Shown here piece after piece: positions 63,351 to 64,000 of a stretch of 64,000 bases of DNA. The notes beneath the pieces are model-generated. The model saw nothing but the letters and a program-made list of their open reading frames with translations. It was not told where the DNA came from and made no database searches. Source of the stretch: Isurus oxyrinchus. Lineage: Eukaryota. The stretch's first letter is position 1. Every line of letters starts with the position of its first letter. The position numbers were made by a program, and so were the translations under genes. The stretch covers positions 106,516,001 through 106,580,000 of the forward strand of contig JANJGN010000011.1 of the NCBI GenBank assembly GCA_026770705.1. The letters run 5' to 3'.

Positions 63351-64000
63351 TCCCCATTTTACAGCTTCTTTGCCATGATGTACACTTTTCCCCTTAACTG
63401 GCACACTCTCCTTTTTCCCAATTATCTCCCATCGTTTCCCTCACTTCCATTAAGTCTTAGTCAATCTCATCACAGTGAATTGTTCCACATCTACAATATG
63501 AACAAAGGCAGTTCCTATATGAAAATGATGGCTAGACAGTACACATGTAACCCTTCCATCTCAGGCAGACATTATGTGACCTCACAAGAATTATTTAAGA
63601 TTAGTGATTATCTTGATGCTGTCACACTGAAGTCTATAGCTTGTGAATGTTATAAATATTTGTCACGACGAATGTTGGAGTCTTTTCACCCAAGTGTACT
63701 TTGTAATCGCATTTATTTTATGACTAAGGTTTTGAGAAAAGTAGTATTCATTGTTGAGCACTATAGCTTTTCATGCCTCCCTGCCATGTTTTTCATCTCT
63801 GCATTTAAGGCTGAACATTATTCCTTTATTAGTTTCCACTCTCCCCTGATGTTGGTTTCCCTCGGTGACATTCAAATTGTCTGCCAGACAGGAATGAATG
63901 TGTGCTATCAGAGGTGCGTGCTCATCCTGATGAACCTCTGAGGATCTTACTTTGCCCCTGAACAGTTGCCAAGCGGACTTCAGGAAATCCCTCTGTGAAG

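Noticed and set aside
63345-63941. 198-aa plus-strand ORF
   Set aside because: No recognisable motifs; Ser/Phe/Tyr-rich composition typical of an antisense frame; protein-like signal is on the minus strand
1-64000. CRISPR array, tRNA/rRNA genes, prokaryotic operons
   Set aside because: No regularly spaced repeats or complete RNA gene structures seen; the sequence is vertebrate repeat DNA

Overview
Repeat-saturated vertebrate DNA, almost certainly intronic or intergenic. The repeat types (HER1/CR1-type LINEs, Deu-domain SINEs, Penelope-like elements, Harbinger fossils) suggest a shark or other cartilaginous fish; this is inference. I found no intact host gene and no convincing host exon; nearly all listed ORFs are decayed transposon fragments or antisense noise. 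Contents: at least 6 decayed PIF/Harbinger elements (DDE transposase and/or Myb/SANT gene), about 10 related MITEs (TIR GG[G/C]CAGAATTTT, 3-bp TSDs), an internally deleted Gypsy LTR element, Penelope-like elements (RT, GIY-YIG), CR1, CR1-like, L2, RTE and L1/Tx1 fragments, DeuSINEs and solo-LTR candidates. Highlights: (1) minimal hammerhead ribozyme motifs in Penelope terminal repeats, including tiny TSD-flanked mini-elements that are little more than ribozyme plus tail; (2) a perfect 262-bp local inverted duplication inside a MITE, plus two smaller templated-looking insertions; (3) a Harbinger copy that may carry extra cargo ORFs (SGNH-hydrolase-like and Cys/His-rich); (4) covarying hairpins and relaxed target choice in the MITE family; (5) a CR1 with a 24-bp 5' fold-back.
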